63,416 nucleotides of DNA, filler included, from Candidatus Woesearchaeota archaeon CG1_02_57_44 (GCA_001871415.1; 4 parts of 4 records of this genome joined end to end with filler, not necessarily neighbours in it), one strand, 5' to 3'. Positions 1 to 10,588 are shown, counted from the whole stretch's first letter. Numbers and translations are program-made. The notes: a model not told the origin generated them from the letters alone.

Positions 1-131
1 AAAATCCGCCACTCGGCGCTAACCGCGGCCTGAAGGCCGCGGTATTACCGCGCCTCGTCATTGCAGGCGGATTTTTGAATTGCAAAGCACGTCCTGAAGG
101 ACGGGGTATTCAACCCCGTGCTTTGCAATAA
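1..131 (-). mobile_element. 138-bp structured non-autonomous element, copy 1 (truncated by contig start); IS200/IS605-end-like
   Basis: Exact reverse complement of 31802-31932. Two branched stem-loop modules, each with an AATACC(C/G)CG(T/G)CCTTCAGG(A/C)CG core. Confidence 0.8.
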
Positions 132-187
132 GAAATAGCGCTCAGGCTCCTGACTGAGAAACACACGTCTAGATACATACAATCGCG

Positions 188-1252
188 CTAAATCAAAAAC
201 TTCCCATTCCTCTGCACGACCTTGCCGTCCGCGATTAATTCACCGCCGACGCGAAGGTCCTTGATCATGTCCCAGTGCAGGGCCGATGCGTTCTTGCCGT
301 TGCAGTCCTCATATGCCTGACCTAAGGCCAGGTGCACCGTACCACCTATCTTCTCGTCGAACAGGATGTTCTTGATGTACTTCTGTATCCTGTAGTTCGT
401 TCCGATGCCAAGCTCGCCGACGTAGCAGGATCCTTTGTCCATCGCGATCATCTGCTTGAGGTACGCCTCGTTCTTTGTCGCTGTTGACTTGACGACCTTG
501 CCGTCCTTGAACTCTAGCGTTATCCCCTCGACCTCGCGCCCGCCGTACACCTGCGGCCATTCATAGACAATGCGCCCGTTCACCGAGTCGGCGACAGGAG
601 CGGTGAAGATCTCGCCGCAGGGCATGTTGTGCTGACCAGCGCCGAGCACGAACTTCATGCCGGCGACGCTCATGGTAAGGTCAGTACCTGCGGCCTTGAT
701 CCTGATAGTCTTCGCCTTCTGCAGTGTCTTCTGTTTCTTGCTATACGTCTGACCAAACGCCTTCCAGTCCAGGTTGGTCGCGTTGTAGACGAAGTCCTCG
801 AATTCAGCGAGCGACATGTCCGCGTCTTGCGCGTACGAAGCTGTGGGATGGATGCACAGCACCCATTTAGTGTGCTTGACACGATATTTTGAGATCGGAC
901 GCATAACCTTTTGCCGCAGCGCCATCTTCTTGGGATCGATGCTGGAGAGCTCGCGCTTGTTCATGCTACCGCCGATGTAGATGACCGCGTCCGTCTTCTT
1001 CATCTCCGCCATCTCCAGCGAAGGGAAGTGCTTCATGTGCATATCACGGGCATTCTTGTAATACAAATATCCCATGCCCTCCAGTCCGACATGCACACGG
1101 GGGAACGCGCCCTTGCGTAGCACCCGGACATAGCAGGCCTTGATGAGCTCCTCAGCGAACGCGCCGCCGACTATCTGCACCGTCTCGCCCTTCTGCACAT
1201 TGGCGCTGTAGTTGACTAGGATGTCCGCAAGATCTTCTACTCGTTTGTCCAT
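188..1252 (-). CDS. Aminopeptidase, M29 (AmpS/AmpT thermophilic metallopeptidase) family
   Basis: Motifs LVNYS, NMPCGEIFTAP, GELGIG, ILFDEKIGGTVHLALG, SALHWDMI. Start placed at ATG 1252 (ORF track starts at 1261). Confidence 0.92.
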   Translation of the reverse strand: MDKRVEDLADILVNYSANVQKGETVQIVGGAFAEELIKACYVRVLRKGAFPRVHVGLEGMGYLYYKNARDMHMKHFPSLEMAEMKKTDAVIYIGGSMNKRELSSIDPKKMALRQKVMRPISKYRVKHTKWVLCIHPTASYAQDADMSLAEFEDFVYNATNLDWKAFGQTYSKKQKTLQKAKTIRIKAAGTDLTMSVAGMKFVLGAGQHNMPCGEIFTAPVADSVNGRIVYEWPQVYGGREVEGITLEFKDGKVVKSTATKNEAYLKQMIAMDKGSCYVGELGIGTNYRIQKYIKNILFDEKIGGTVHLALGQAYEDCNGKNASALHWDMIKDLRVGGELIADGKVVQRNGKFLI

Positions 1253-1326
1253 GGGTATCACGCGGGATGCTGTTTAGCAAAGGACCATCCCTATGCAGGC
1301 ACACATGCCACCCCATATATATACCT

Positions 1327-2982
1327 TTAGTTTGGTCTTCCGCACAGACCGAAGATATGACAGACCCGGATATCCACGCCCTCCCCTCTCATCTGGGTGA
1401 TGGTCTCATTCAGGTACCAGGTATAGGGCATATCATAGACCCTGGGCGCATTGCACGCCCCCGTGCCAAGCAGTATCCACGTATCGCTTTCCGCCAGCGT
1501 GGACAGCAGCTCCATCCGCTTCCTGTCCTTGACATATTCCGGCTCAGCCTCATGCCAGAACAGCAGGACCAGATTTCCTTCAGCAATGGCACTATCCAGC
1601 AATTCCTCGCGTGGAGAGGGCTCGGAGAGCTGACCGAAGTAGTTGAGCACTGGCCAGGAAGTGCTCATAAGCCTGCAGCCCGTCAGGTTCAGCTCCTGCA
1701 GCGTGTCAATGGCGCTGGTATACAGCGATGGATGATAGTGTGTGGTCGCGTCATGCACCTGCCCAAGCGCAACCAAGCTATAGACGAGCATAGCAAGCAC
1801 GACAAGACCTACAGCCCTGAACTTGCGCAGTGCGAGCGCTGAGAAGTACGCCGCTGGAAGGACCAGGGGAAACACATAACGAAGGTCACGCACGATGATG
1901 CCCTTGTACTGGATGATGCCCAGCAGGAGCACGGCGAACATGACCCATGAGACCAAAGGATCCTCCATCCGTATCTCCCCGCTGTCGCCAGCGTGCGCCC
2001 GCCGCGCCATGCCCCTGCTTGCCTTGCGGCCCCCCTCCTCCTTGCCCCGCTCTTCCTCATTGCCCTGCTGCCCATCCTTGCCGCGCCCCTTCTGCTTCCG
2101 ACCCGCAGACAATCCTATGATGAGCCCCCACAGAGCAAAGGGCAGCAGCAATCCAAAAGGCAGGAGCGAATCTATCCATCTTGTCTGCGTCGCCATGTAA
2201 GGTCTGCGAAACGCGATGTTGAGCGCGTAGGCATCAGCCACCCCCATGAGCGGATGGCCCCAGCGGATCCAGCAATACAGAAGCCAGGGAACCATGACAA
2301 TGATCAGAGCGAGCGTTCCGTATAGTAATTGGCGCCAGTTGCGCCAGGAGCCCTTACCATCGTTCCTGCCAGTTTTCCTTGCAGACGTGGTAGGACTTGC
2401 GGACTTCAAATAACGTGCAGACCCGATGAGCCACGGGTCTGGACGAAACAGCAGCAACAGCAATGGCGCGAACATGACCAGATTATACCGTGTCAGCACG
2501 GCAAGTCCCAGCCACATCCCCGCAGCCCACCTGCCTTCCAGCGCGCTGGTAATGAAGAGCAGCAACAGCGCGAGTGAGAGCAGCTCAGAGCCGTTGATGG
2601 TCGCGTTCCAGAGCATATAGGGCGTGAGTGAAAAAGCATAGAGCAGCAACGCAGATATCCTGCTCACGTTGGACAACCGCAGCACTCCCCAGAAGAACAG
2701 CGCTGAGCTCAGGACGATGAGCAGATACTCGCTTGCCCTCTCCCCAAAGACAGAAAGCAGCGCAAGCAACAGGGAGGTCAATGGTGGATCGACAACCTCA
2801 AAGTACGTGCCACCGGAGAACCAGTGTCGGGCGCTCGCGACGAACGCGGCGAAGTCCCAAGACACTCCGAGCGAATGCTGCCAGAGCAGATAAGCCGTCG
2901 AGAGCACAAAGAGCGCGCCTAGCAGCAAGGCGCTTTTATCGCCGCTGCTTCCTTCCGCCCCACCCTTGCCAGCATCATTCAT
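1327..2982 (-). CDS. Polytopic membrane glycosyltransferase, GT-C fold (PMT/GT39/GT87-like)
   Basis: About 11 hydrophobic segments; WD after TM1, PPL loop, SE, GLAVLTRY and RYVFP motifs. GGTGA RBS precedes ATG 2982. Last gene of the ABC operon. Confidence 0.7.
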   Translation of the reverse strand: MNDAGKGGAEGSSGDKSALLLGALFVLSTAYLLWQHSLGVSWDFAAFVASARHWFSGGTYFEVVDPPLTSLLLALLSVFGERASEYLLIVLSSALFFWGVLRLSNVSRISALLLYAFSLTPYMLWNATINGSELLSLALLLLFITSALEGRWAAGMWLGLAVLTRYNLVMFAPLLLLLFRPDPWLIGSARYLKSASPTTSARKTGRNDGKGSWRNWRQLLYGTLALIIVMVPWLLYCWIRWGHPLMGVADAYALNIAFRRPYMATQTRWIDSLLPFGLLLPFALWGLIIGLSAGRKQKGRGKDGQQGNEEERGKEEGGRKASRGMARRAHAGDSGEIRMEDPLVSWVMFAVLLLGIIQYKGIIVRDLRYVFPLVLPAAYFSALALRKFRAVGLVVLAMLVYSLVALGQVHDATTHYHPSLYTSAIDTLQELNLTGCRLMSTSWPVLNYFGQLSEPSPREELLDSAIAEGNLVLLFWHEAEPEYVKDRKRMELLSTLAESDTWILLGTGACNAPRVYDMPYTWYLNETITQMRGEGVDIRVCHIFGLCGRPN

Positions 2983-3028
2983 AGTATCACCGGATATCTT
3001 GCGCATCAATACCCTCGTCCGCACGGGC

Positions 3029-4210
3029 TCATTCATACCGCAGCGATTCCACAGGGACTGTCCGTGACGCGACGAACGCCGGCAACAGGCCCGCACCGAT
3101 GCCGATGAACGCCGCGAAGAAGAGTCCGAAGAGCGTCAGCCCAAGGGTCGGCCGTATGAGCAGCAGCCCGAAACCTGCCGCCTTCGCGATGCCCGCGATG
3201 GCAAACGCCATACCGAATCCGCATATGACACCGATGGTGCCGCCCAGCATGCCGATACCCGCTGACTCGAGCAAAAACATCATCAGGATCCTGCTGTTGC
3301 TCGCGCCGATGGCCTTCATCACCCCTATCTCGCGAGTGCGCTCAAGCACACTGGTGAACATGGCGTTCATTATACCGATGCCTCCCACCACAATCGATAT
3401 CATGCCGATGCCTGCAAGCACGATGCCTATCATGCCGAGCACTCCCTGGATGCGCCGGATGAGCTGCTCAGGTGTGAAGACCTGGAAGTTCCTGTCTGAA
3501 CGCGTCGCGTTCAGACGCTTCTCAATCCTGCCCGCGACTTCAGCGACATCCTGCCCGTCAGCGACGTGCACGATGATGGCGTTCAGTGAATCCTGCTTGT
3601 CGAAGAGCACGCGGGCCGTATCCAAAGGAAGATACATGATACCGTCGGTCTGTTCGCTGCCCGTTGATGCGAAGATGCCGATAACCTTGAAGTCCTCACC
3701 CTGCACAGAGATCTTGTTTCTCACGCGTATCTCCTTGTCGAAGACACGGTTGGCCAGCTGATCCCCTATGACCACGACATGGTTCTCCCCTGACTTGGGA
3801 GGTCTGCCGTCCGCGAAGTCCAGGTTCAGGTCGATGAACAGCTGTTCAGCCTGACGGCTTTCGACCGCCATGATGGTCCGGTAGCTCTTCTCACCATTGT
3901 ACTCGACCTCGCCTATCTGCCCGAGTGCTCCTGCGGCATATGCCACGCCTCGTACGCCGTCGATGGTACCGACATCCTTGTCCGTCAACCCTGACAGACC
4001 GACAGGAGGGCCATTGGCGCCGCCCGGAATGACCCTGATGTTCTGGGCCCCGAAGCCGAGCAGAAGGTCTTCGATCGCGTTCTGCATGCCCTGACTGAGC
4101 GCCATGAGCCCGACGATAGTGGCGACACCGATGATGATGCCTATGAGCGTGAGCCACGCGCGAAGGCTCCGATGCTGCATGCTCCGCAGGGTGTAGGCGA
4201 GAGGGTTCAT
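3029..4210 (-). CDS. ABC transporter permease, MacB/FtsX family
   Basis: RAWLTLIGIIIGV N-terminal TM, large extracellular domain, VGGIGIMNAMFTSVLERTREIGVMKAIGA motif. Confidence 0.93.
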   Translation of the reverse strand: MNPLAYTLRSMQHRSLRAWLTLIGIIIGVATIVGLMALSQGMQNAIEDLLLGFGAQNIRVIPGGANGPPVGLSGLTDKDVGTIDGVRGVAYAAGALGQIGEVEYNGEKSYRTIMAVESRQAEQLFIDLNLDFADGRPPKSGENHVVVIGDQLANRVFDKEIRVRNKISVQGEDFKVIGIFASTGSEQTDGIMYLPLDTARVLFDKQDSLNAIIVHVADGQDVAEVAGRIEKRLNATRSDRNFQVFTPEQLIRRIQGVLGMIGIVLAGIGMISIVVGGIGIMNAMFTSVLERTREIGVMKAIGASNSRILMMFLLESAGIGMLGGTIGVICGFGMAFAIAGIAKAAGFGLLLIRPTLGLTLFGLFFAAFIGIGAGLLPAFVASRTVPVESLRYE

Positions 4211-5388
4211 TTGCGAAGCGCCTCCACAGGAGTCATGCGTGCCGCTTGCAGAGAAGGGACGATGCCGGAGAGGGCGCCGGCAAACGCGGAGAACAATATG
4301 CCTAGTAACAGAAGCCCCGGAGTCACCTTGATGAGCAGAGGGACGCTGCTGCCCTTGGCGCCAAGCTCGACGAGCTTTGCCATGCCTATGCCAAGGGACG
4401 TGCCGATGACGCCGCCGACCGTGCCGACGAGCGTGCTCTCGATGAGGAAGATGACGAAGATGTCACGCCGCCGTGCGCCGATGCTCTTCATGACGCCGAT
4501 GTCGCGCGTGCGCTCCAGCACGCTCGTGAACATGCTGTTGGCGATGCCGATGCCGCCGACCAGCAGCGAGATGGACGCGATACCGACGAGCACGATGCGG
4601 ATGATGCCCAACGCCATGTTTATCTGCCCGGTTATCTGCTCAGGGGTCATCACGTCGAAGTTCTCGTTGTTGCGCGCCCGCTTGAGCGCCTTGTGCGCGG
4701 CGTCGGCCGCCCTGTCCACATCGACGCCGTCCTTGACGCGAAGGTCGATGAACGTGACTCCCTTGGGCGCGCCGCCCAGCGCGCGGGCCTCTTCAATGTC
4801 GATATAGATGGCAGAATCATCCTGCTCATTGCCCACAGACTCAAAGACGCCCGCGACCGTGTAGCTATTGCCGTTGATGTCCAGCTTGCTTCTGACCTTC
4901 ACCGGGTCAGAGAAGACCCCATCACCGATGAGCGAGCCCACATTGATCTCCTTGGTCGAGCCGTCGGCGATGGGCCTGCCCTGGGCCATCTTGATGTCGA
5001 AATCCTCAAAGCGCTTCACCATGTCCTTGGTGGGCATCCCGTAGAGCATCAGCGACTTGGTCTCTTTGCCGTAATCGACCGTGCCGCTTAGGATGTAATA
5101 CGGCGTGACGTATTTCCAGTCGCTCATACGCTCAAGGACTTCGACATCCTTGATAGTGAGCCCTTCGCTCACCCCCGCGCCTGGACCCTGGAAGCCCTTG
5201 GGCATCACAAAGATGCGGTTGGTGCCGAACTGCTCGAACGCGTCCTCAATGGCGTACTGCATACCCTGCGACACAGCGAAGAGGGAGACAACCGCAGCAG
5301 CGCCGACAATGATACCGAGCACGGTCAGCCACGAGCGCAACTTGCGCTGGCGCATGCCCAGAAGAGCGATGCGCAGATGATAGTCCAC
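4207..5388 (-). CDS. ABC transporter permease, MacB/FtsX family (second subunit)
   Basis: RSWLTVLGIIVG and GGIGIANSMFTSVLERTRDIGVMKSIGA motifs; 4-bp ATGA overlap with the downstream permease. Confidence 0.93.
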   Translation of the reverse strand: MDYHLRIALLGMRQRKLRSWLTVLGIIVGAAAVVSLFAVSQGMQYAIEDAFEQFGTNRIFVMPKGFQGPGAGVSEGLTIKDVEVLERMSDWKYVTPYYILSGTVDYGKETKSLMLYGMPTKDMVKRFEDFDIKMAQGRPIADGSTKEINVGSLIGDGVFSDPVKVRSKLDINGNSYTVAGVFESVGNEQDDSAIYIDIEEARALGGAPKGVTFIDLRVKDGVDVDRAADAAHKALKRARNNENFDVMTPEQITGQINMALGIIRIVLVGIASISLLVGGIGIANSMFTSVLERTRDIGVMKSIGARRRDIFVIFLIESTLVGTVGGVIGTSLGIGMAKLVELGAKGSSVPLLIKVTPGLLLLGILFSAFAGALSGIVPSLQAARMTPVEALRK

Positions 5389-5442
5389 AGCTATGGCCTC
5401 CGGTCCGGCCCCTCGGGCAAGTGCATGATCATCATGCCAGGC

Positions 5443-6714
5443 CTACTTCTTCTTCCTGCGCCGCAGCAGCCACCAGACCAGCGCGACGACCAGCACGATG
5501 ATGACAGGCAGGTAGTTTCGCGGAGCCGTGATTATGCCCAAGGCGATCGCCTGCTGCGTCGTGTACAATGTCAGGGGGAGCGTCGCGGTGGTGCTGTACT
5601 CCTGGTCGAACTCGTCCTTGAAGGCGAGCTTGGCCATGACAGGGACCGCGTCGCCCGTGCTCTTGACATGCAGGGTGTATTCCGCGGTCTCGTAGTCATC
5701 GCTCGCCAGGTTGCCAAGGTACAGCTTGGGGCTGGAGATGATGTCAAACGCATCATTGGGCAGCAGCTCCATGATGGCGTAGCGCATCTCTGCGGCACCG
5801 GTGTTGGACACGCTGATCACGAGCTTGCCCTGCTTGCCTTCAATGAGCCCTTCGGTATCGTCTATATTGACCAGGTAGCTGGGCTCATTGCGGATGATGG
5901 CGGAGAGGGTCGCGTTCTTGGTGTAGGCGACGCCGTCGCGGTCCTCGAACATGAACCAGACGAGCATACTCTCCACACCGCTAGTCGCAGTGGTCGACGC
6001 GATGAGCGGGAAGTGCGCGAGAGCGCTCGCGCCCTTGGGCATATCCCCGATGAATTGCTCTGCTGACTCTCCTGAGGGAAGCAAGGAAGTTCCTGCCAGC
6101 GCGAGCGTCGCGCGAAGGTTCTTGATGTAGGCGTTCCTGCTCTTGACCGCCAGGTCAAGCGCGCCCTTCTGGCCAGCCGCGATCGTCTCAGGAGACCAAG
6201 TCACTGATTCGACGCTGAGTATGGGTGTCGGCGTCTTGACCGTGATATTGAACGGGTCTGGCTCGACTGCTGTGCCGCCAAGGATCATGCGTACGCGTAC
6301 CTCCTGGTTCCCTTCAGGGGCCTGAGCATCGACCGCGAGGCGGTACTTGACGACCGCGCCATCAGGGCCATTCTGCAGCCCGATGAGCGAACCGATATCG
6401 ACACGCGCTTTGCTGAGTAATTCGAAGGGAGGACCTGCGAGCAATTCGAGCGAGACATTGCCGCTCTGCTTTGTCCCGAAGTTTTCCACTTTGAAACGCG
6501 CCTCAACAATACTGCCCGCCTGTACCGGGTCAGGGTCCTGGCTGAGCAGCGAGACCTTGATATTGGCGGACTGGCTATAGCTCGCCAGCGCCGGAGTGGC
6601 GCATAGCATCAATGCCAGCAACAAGACGACGTAACCTGCCCCAAGCCGCGTCGCGAGCCCTGATACAACCCGTGTCGCAGAATCGTCTGCAGGAGCATCC
6701 CTCTTGGGCCCCAT
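5443..6714 (-). CDS. COG1361-type S-layer-like/Ig-fold membrane-anchored protein
   Basis: Signal peptide ending PALA, QDPDPV..G motif, three Ig-like repeats, C-terminal TM plus RRRKKK tail. GAGGTGA RBS precedes ATG 6714. Confidence 0.8.
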   Translation of the reverse strand: MGPKRDAPADDSATRVVSGLATRLGAGYVVLLLALMLCATPALASYSQSANIKVSLLSQDPDPVQAGSIVEARFKVENFGTKQSGNVSLELLAGPPFELLSKARVDIGSLIGLQNGPDGAVVKYRLAVDAQAPEGNQEVRVRMILGGTAVEPDPFNITVKTPTPILSVESVTWSPETIAAGQKGALDLAVKSRNAYIKNLRATLALAGTSLLPSGESAEQFIGDMPKGASALAHFPLIASTTATSGVESMLVWFMFEDRDGVAYTKNATLSAIIRNEPSYLVNIDDTEGLIEGKQGKLVISVSNTGAAEMRYAIMELLPNDAFDIISSPKLYLGNLASDDYETAEYTLHVKSTGDAVPVMAKLAFKDEFDQEYSTTATLPLTLYTTQQAIALGIITAPRNYLPVIIVLVVALVWWLLRRRKKK

Positions 6715-6718
6715 CAAA

Positions 6719-7504
6719 TCACCTCTTGGTCTCATGTCGTTGTTTATCATCGTGTTTCCCCTCTTTGTGTGTTGTCTCATCGTGTTTTCCTCCCTTATCG
6801 TTGGACCTGGAGCCGATAGCCCCCGTGTCCTTGACTACTTTCCCGTCCGCCAGCCTGATGACGCGCTCCGCGTATGACAGCAGGGATGGATCGTGCGTGA
6901 CTAGGACGATGGTCTTCTTGTCCTTCTGGTGAAGCTTGGTGAGCAGCTCCATGATATGCTTGCCTGTGGCGCTGTCCAGGTTGCCAGTCGGCTCATCAGC
7001 CAGGATCATGTCAGGGTCATTAGCTAAAGCCCGTGCGATGGCGACCCGCTGTTGCTGACCACCGGACAGCTCGGAGGGCCGATGGTGCATGCGATCGCCA
7101 AGGTCCACCAGATTCAGCAGCTCTCTTGCGCGCGTCAGCTGCTCTGCGTCGGTTTTTCCCTGGAACATCAGGGGAAGCATGACATTCTCCATGGCTGTCA
7201 GTGTGCCGATGAGGTTGAACTGCTGGAAGATGAAGCCGATAGTATGCCCGCGTATCCCCGCAAGCTCTGATTCGCCCATGGCGCTGATATCGTTTCCAGA
7301 GAGGAATATGTGCCCGCTCGTCGGCAGGTCAAGGCAGCCGACCAGGTTCATGCAGGTGCTCTTCCCGCTGCCAGAAGGTCCGGATATGGCGACAAAATCG
7401 CCAGGCATGATGCTGATATTGACTCCTGCGAGCGCGTGCACCTGCGCCTCACCCATGGTGTAGGTCTTGACCACATTGCGCAGCTCGACGATAGGTCGGG
7501 TCAT
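6719..7504 (-). CDS. ABC transporter ATP-binding protein (LolD/MacB-type)
   Basis: Walker [10 protein letters not shown], signature LSGGQQQRV, Walker [13 protein letters not shown]-loop VTHD. Confidence 0.96.
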   Translation of the reverse strand: MTRPIVELRNVVKTYTMGEAQVHALAGVNISIMPGDFVAISGPSGSGKSTCMNLVGCLDLPTSGHIFLSGNDISAMGESELAGIRGHTIGFIFQQFNLIGTLTAMENVMLPLMFQGKTDAEQLTRARELLNLVDLGDRMHHRPSELSGGQQQRVAIARALANDPDMILADEPTGNLDSATGKHIMELLTKLHQKDKKTIVLVTHDPSLLSYAERVIRLADGKVVKDTGAIGSRSNDKGGKHDETTHKEGKHDDKQRHETKR

Positions 7505-8067
7505 TCTGCCGCCCCCGTGTGCGCGCTGGCGCTTTCGCGCGTTCCCGCGCGTGCCTCGTTCCCACCAGGCGTCCGGCCATGTCCCTTGCGGACGCTTTCC
7601 TTGTCAAGCCATGAAAGCTCCGCCTTGAGCAGCGCTGACGCCCTGCGCCACATCAGTTCATGACTGAGTGTGTCAGGCAGAGCAAAGGTGTCAAGACGCG
7701 CGTATTCAGCAGCGAGCTGTCTTCTGCGCTTGGCAAGGCACGTTTTCAGCTGTGTCTCCGTGAGGTGATGCGCAAATGCCAGGCCGGAATAATAGGCATC
7801 ATAATCAGGGATTCCCTGCGAGAGCGCTGTTTTCAGCTCTATGTGGAAGCGCTTGCGCCCCATAGGCGTCAGGGCGTAATGCTTACTGCCGTCCTGTCCC
7901 TTTTTGACTTGGCCTTGCTTTTGCAGCCTGCCAAGGATGTGGTAGATGGATGAGAACGCCATGCCCGAACACGACTCGGTCAGGTCCGCCATGCGTTTGA
8001 GCTCATAGCCGCTCATGGGCTTCTCCGCGAGGAAGCCTAACACGATGAGATCATGGTCCAACACCAT
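7501..8067 (-). CDS. PadR-family transcriptional regulator
   Basis: IVLGFLAEKPMSGYEL, SSIYHIL.RL, YALT..GR winged helix and C-terminal AELSWL helix. Start at ATG 8067, downstream of a TTTATTAA box. Confidence 0.88.
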   Translation of the reverse strand: MVLDHDLIVLGFLAEKPMSGYELKRMADLTESCSGMAFSSIYHILGRLQKQGQVKKGQDGSKHYALTPMGRKRFHIELKTALSQGIPDYDAYYSGLAFAHHLTETQLKTCLAKRRRQLAAEYARLDTFALPDTLSHELMWRRASALLKAELSWLDKESVRKGHGRTPGGNEARAGTRESASAHTGAAE

Positions 8068-8084
8068 TATTCCAACTTGGAATA
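8068..8084. promoter_or_regulatory. Perfect palindrome TATTCCAA-C-TTGGAATA, probable PadR operator
   Basis: 17-bp inverted repeat between the minus-strand TATA box (~8090-8097) and the PadR start codon. Confidence 0.65.
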
Positions 8085-8213
8085 GCTCATTAATAAAGGT
8101 TGCGACCTCCTCCAAGAGGCCTGCCTCCGACCAAGTCCGCATCCCCCCACGCCTCTTGCGCCCCCTCTATCACGCAGCAACCTTTTTAATTCCCCCCCAT
8201 TCCCGGCGTACTG

Positions 8214-8846
8214 ATGGCAAAGCACACCCACAATCACCACAATCCCCAGATTGTGACGCCCCAAAGGGCCAAGAAAGACCCACAGCGCAGGGCAAAACTC
8301 CTGCTCGGCTGGGCGCTGGGGTTCATCATGGTCAGCAGCACATTCGGCTTTCTCATGGGGAGCAGTTTCAACGGCAACAGCATCACCTATGGTAAATACC
8401 AGTTCCGCCAGGAGCAGGACAACACCTTCACGGTCAAGATAAAGGGAAAGGTGCAGACCTTCTACTTCCTGCCCGACCAGCTCCAGAATGTCAATATCAC
8501 AGGAGACCCTGTAGGTACGCTGCAGACCAGTCAGGCCATAGCCATCAGCTTCGTACCTAACCAGAGCAACGCCCAGGGTGTTGACCTGTTGCGCTACCTG
8601 CTGGAACAAGAGTTTCAGGAGAAGGGGACCTACGTGATCCATGGCGCCACCACATCGCTCCCGGCCTTGCAACAGATCTCCTGCGCCAATGCCAGCTCAT
8701 TTGTGCCCGTCATCGTGATAGCTCCAGGCAATGCGACGAGCATCGATGAATCCGATGATTGCGTGACCATCAGGTCGCCTAGCGCAGCAGGATTCATCCA
8801 GGCCCATGATCGCCTCAAGTACGGGATGTTGGGTGTGATGGAATGA
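8214..8846 (+). CDS. Membrane-anchored hypothetical protein (N-terminal TM, two-Cys C-terminal domain)
   Basis: One TM (LLLGWALGFIMVSSTFGF); C-terminus ISCANAS..PVIVI...CVTI...DRLKYGMLGVM resembles that of the next gene. TATA 31 nt upstream. Confidence 0.75.
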   Translation: MAKHTHNHHNPQIVTPQRAKKDPQRRAKLLLGWALGFIMVSSTFGFLMGSSFNGNSITYGKYQFRQEQDNTFTVKIKGKVQTFYFLPDQLQNVNITGDPVGTLQTSQAIAISFVPNQSNAQGVDLLRYLLEQEFQEKGTYVIHGATTSLPALQQISCANASSFVPVIVIAPGNATSIDESDDCVTIRSPSAAGFIQAHDRLKYGMLGVME

Positions 8847-9766
8847 GCCATGACAATGCGCAGCATGATGAAAGCGGCCAGCAGCGTTCCCATGCTCCTC
8901 CTGAAACAAGCGCAAAGCAACGAACAGAGAAGCACATGAAAGAGCAGTACATTGCTGAACAGGAAACGCCCGAAACGGATGACGATGGATATCTGCCCGT
9001 CAGCATGAGCAAGGTCACGGCTGATGAAGATGCGTCAGTGAGCAAGGAGGACGAGGACAAGCTCCAGGATGACGCAGAGCGGCAACCTTCTGATGACGCG
9101 CCCTCCACGGACACGGACACTCCTGCGATAGACAAGCGCGAGAAAGGAAGCTTCAGCACCGTCATCATCATCCTCGTCATATTCTCCCTTCTCACAGCCA
9201 TCCCATTCCTCATGCACCGCCAGCAACAACCAAGCAACGTGAATGTGCTCACCTACAACAACTATGAGTTCATCCGCATGGAAGCAGAGCAGCTCTGGTA
9301 CACGAAGGTGCAACTGGGCGATACCATCTATGACTTGCAGTTGCACAATTTTCCCAAAGACCTCGAAGATATCCCGGTGAAGGGAAACGTGAATGAATCA
9401 TTCATGAAGCCCTATGTCTATATCGCCTTTGACCCGGTTGCCCAGAACCAGTATCAGGATTCCTATGTCGCCCTGGCAGCAGGCCAGCTCTCGCTGAATC
9501 TCGCGCAGGCCATCAAGATGCAGCCATTGTCCGCGTACACCACCAACGCTTCCACTAGCACCTCGAATTTCACGGACAACCCAGTCATCACCTGCGCAAG
9601 CGATGAACCAGTCATCATCCTGAATAATACTCCTGACGCGTCAGGAGACGCGCCCACACCTGAAGTCGTGCTCGAGGGGACCTGCGTGCAGGTGCATGGG
9701 ACAGGCAATGACATCTTGCGCGCCTCCGAGCGCCTGCTCTACCATTGGTATGGCATCATGCAGTAA
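8843..9766 (+). CDS. Membrane-anchored hypothetical protein, distant paralogue of 8214-8846, with acidic N-terminal extension
   Basis: ATGA overlap; single TM; C-terminus ITC...PVIIL...CVQV.G....ERLLYHWYGIM. Confidence 0.75.
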   Translation: MSHDNAQHDESGQQRSHAPPETSAKQRTEKHMKEQYIAEQETPETDDDGYLPVSMSKVTADEDASVSKEDEDKLQDDAERQPSDDAPSTDTDTPAIDKREKGSFSTVIIILVIFSLLTAIPFLMHRQQQPSNVNVLTYNNYEFIRMEAEQLWYTKVQLGDTIYDLQLHNFPKDLEDIPVKGNVNESFMKPYVYIAFDPVAQNQYQDSYVALAAGQLSLNLAQAIKMQPLSAYTTNASTSTSNFTDNPVITCASDEPVIILNNTPDASGDAPTPEVVLEGTCVQVHGTGNDILRASERLLYHWYGIMQ

Positions 9767-9856
9767 CAGGCTGCACAAGTCCCGCCCCATCCCCTCGCCA
9801 GGCAATGGCAACGCCCAGGCAACAGATCAGCATGCGCAACGCACCGAAGAACTATC

Positions 9857-10588
9857 ATGGAAAACGACCACTACTTCACTGCGGAGCAGAGCGCGCCATT
9901 GCGCACCAGCGTGATCGAGGAATACTTGCTTGGCCAGCCCTTCTCGTTCACGGTCGCGCCCGGCGTCTTCTCCAACCGCAGGATAGACAAGGGCTCGCGT
10001 CTGCTCGTCGAGACATCGGTGATGATGGTGATGCAGGAGCGAAACAATCAGCAAAGCGTCGGAGAATACTCAACCACCAAGCAACCAGCGACAACCGGAC
10101 CCGCAGCGATCAAACCAGCGTCAACCGATGCAACCAAACCCCCTCATCGCCTTCGCGTCCTTGACCTTGGCTGCGGCTACGGCGTGGTCGGCGTTGCATT
10201 CGCGAAGTTCCATCCTGAGACTGAGGTCCTGCTGACAGACATCAACCCGCGCGCGGTCATGCTGGCGAAGGAGAATTGCATCGCGGCAAAATTACAGAAC
10301 ACCAAGACGAAAGTCGTTGATGGGCTGGGAAAGACGGGCAGCAAGAGCCTGTGCGCATTCGACCTCATCCTCCACAATCCCCCGCAGGCAGCGGGCCTGA
10401 AGATGTGCTATCGCCTCATCGAAGAAGCCTGCCAACACCTCGCTCCTGGAGGTTCACTCCTCATCGTCTCCAGGCACAACAAAGGCGGAAGCCGGCTCGC
10501 GGCGCACATGGAATCCTGCCTGGGCAACATGCAGAGCGTCAAGAAAGCAGGGCAGTATCGTGTGTATCAGGGAATCAAAGAGCGATAG
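9857..10588 (+). CDS. Class I SAM-dependent methyltransferase (MTS/RsmC-like)
   Basis: DHYF N-terminus, GVFS...IDKGSRLL, VLDLGCGYG motif I, NPP motif IV. Confidence 0.9.
   Translation: MENDHYFTAEQSAPLRTSVIEEYLLGQPFSFTVAPGVFSNRRIDKGSRLLVETSVMMVMQERNNQQSVGEYSTTKQPATTGPAAIKPASTDATKPPHRLRVLDLGCGYGVVGVAFAKFHPETEVLLTDINPRAVMLAKENCIAAKLQNTKTKVVDGLGKTGSKSLCAFDLILHNPPQAAGLKMCYRLIEEACQHLAPGGSLLIVSRHNKGGSRLAAHMESCLGNMQSVKKAGQYRVYQGIKER

Noticed and set aside
1..81. Identity of the window start with 63044-63124, suggesting a circular replicon
   Set aside because: Both ends fall in a multicopy repeat, and the window is four separately assembled contigs with chromosomal housekeeping genes.
3099..5380. 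Long antisense or alternative-frame ORFs (e.g. 3099-3761, 4172-4807, 35025-35852, 47009-48244, 50727-51641 and many inside the giant gene)
   Set aside because: Shadow ORFs expected from high GC3 codon bias; they overlap well-supported genes and have no motifs.
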